Assembly: GCA_001872605.1 (NCBI GenBank)
Contig: MNXM01000308.1
Coordinates: 4,653-61,110 of the forward strand
Source of the DNA: Armatimonadetes bacterium CG2_30_59_28
GTDB taxonomy: Bacteria; Armatimonadota; Abditibacteriia; CG2-30-59-28
Reading direction: 5' to 3'
Length of the DNA stretch: 56,458 nt
A program made the position numbers and the translations under genes. Of the stretch, positions 56,224-56,458 are shown one piece after another. The notes beneath the pieces were generated by a model. The model saw only the letters and a program-made list of their open reading frames with translations. It made no database searches and was not told the origin of the DNA. How positions within the stretch are numbered: the stretch's first letter is position 1; every line of letters begins with the position of its first letter.

Positions 56224-56458
56224 GCAAGCTGCCGATCTGGCTGACCTACCTCACGCTTCCTGGCGCCATCGGCGTCGCGCCACAACTGCTGCCGGTGGGG
56301 AACTCCAACTTCGGGACCCTCACGGGGCAGGATGGCATCTGCTGGCTGCATCATGCCATGCCGGACAACGCGTGGATGAACCTGGCCTATCGCTTCAACA
56401 TGGCTCCCGCGAGCATCGATGAATACATCCGCACTGTGGGAGCGCTGTTCCTGTGGGA
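56220..56458 (+). CDS. Possible partial ORF running off the window end
   Basis: Stop-free frame LSKLPIWLTYLTLPGAIGVAPQLLPVGNSNFG...; no clear start codon. Confidence 0.25.
   Translation, partial: MSKLPIWLTYLTLPGAIGVAPQLLPVGNSNFGTLTGQDGICWLHHAMPDNAWMNLAYRFNMAPASIDEYIRTVGALFLW

Noticed and set aside
56201-56422. 73-aa ORF MVEAPTAEQ...
   Set aside because: Arg/Ala-rich off-frame character; a different open frame in the same region looks more protein-like
1-56458. tRNA, rRNA, tmRNA, transposase, integrase and prophage genes
   Set aside because: No recognisable signatures found by eye; tRNAscan/Infernal would be needed to exclude small RNAs

Overview
A 56.5-kb, GC-rich (about 60% by eye) bacterial chromosomal segment that is mostly housekeeping and metabolic. 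In order it carries: a DegT-type aminotransferase; two tandem CNNM/hemolysin-family genes; DUF502; an apparently inactive M48 homolog; pheA; accD-accA, an alanine:glyoxylate aminotransferase and a GlcE-like gene; a yggS-sepF-proC-divIVA-yggU cluster; MoaD/ThiS; a PHP phosphatase; an MBL hydrolase; a ferredoxin; murC; a PP2C phosphatase; sugar oxidoreductase/isomerase genes; an orphan Flp pilin; and a ROK kinase. A long minus-strand run follows (lptF/G, lptD, MA-type peptidase, lipoprotein, small ORF, two UroD-like genes, mqnL, mqnE, mqnC, a third UroD-like gene), then moxR-DUF58-DUF4129-dacB, rhaA, an MNT-HEPN pair and an MFS transporter. SepF/DivIVA together with Lpt genes suggests a diderm Terrabacteria lineage such as Armatimonadota (inference). 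I saw no rRNA, tRNA, CRISPR-cas, transposase or integrase. The most unusual signals are: (1) a 19-bp palindrome family with at least 10 copies and compensatory changes, concentrated around the Flp pilin and a possibly degenerate antiporter-like membrane gene; (2) two MITE-like elements; (3) a truncated four-helix-bundle gene flanked by inverted heptamer arrays; (4) an MNT-HEPN module bracketed by a diverged duplicate of the rhaA 3' end; and (5) a possible non-canonical LptD partner module. All calls come from motif recognition by eye; no database searches were run.
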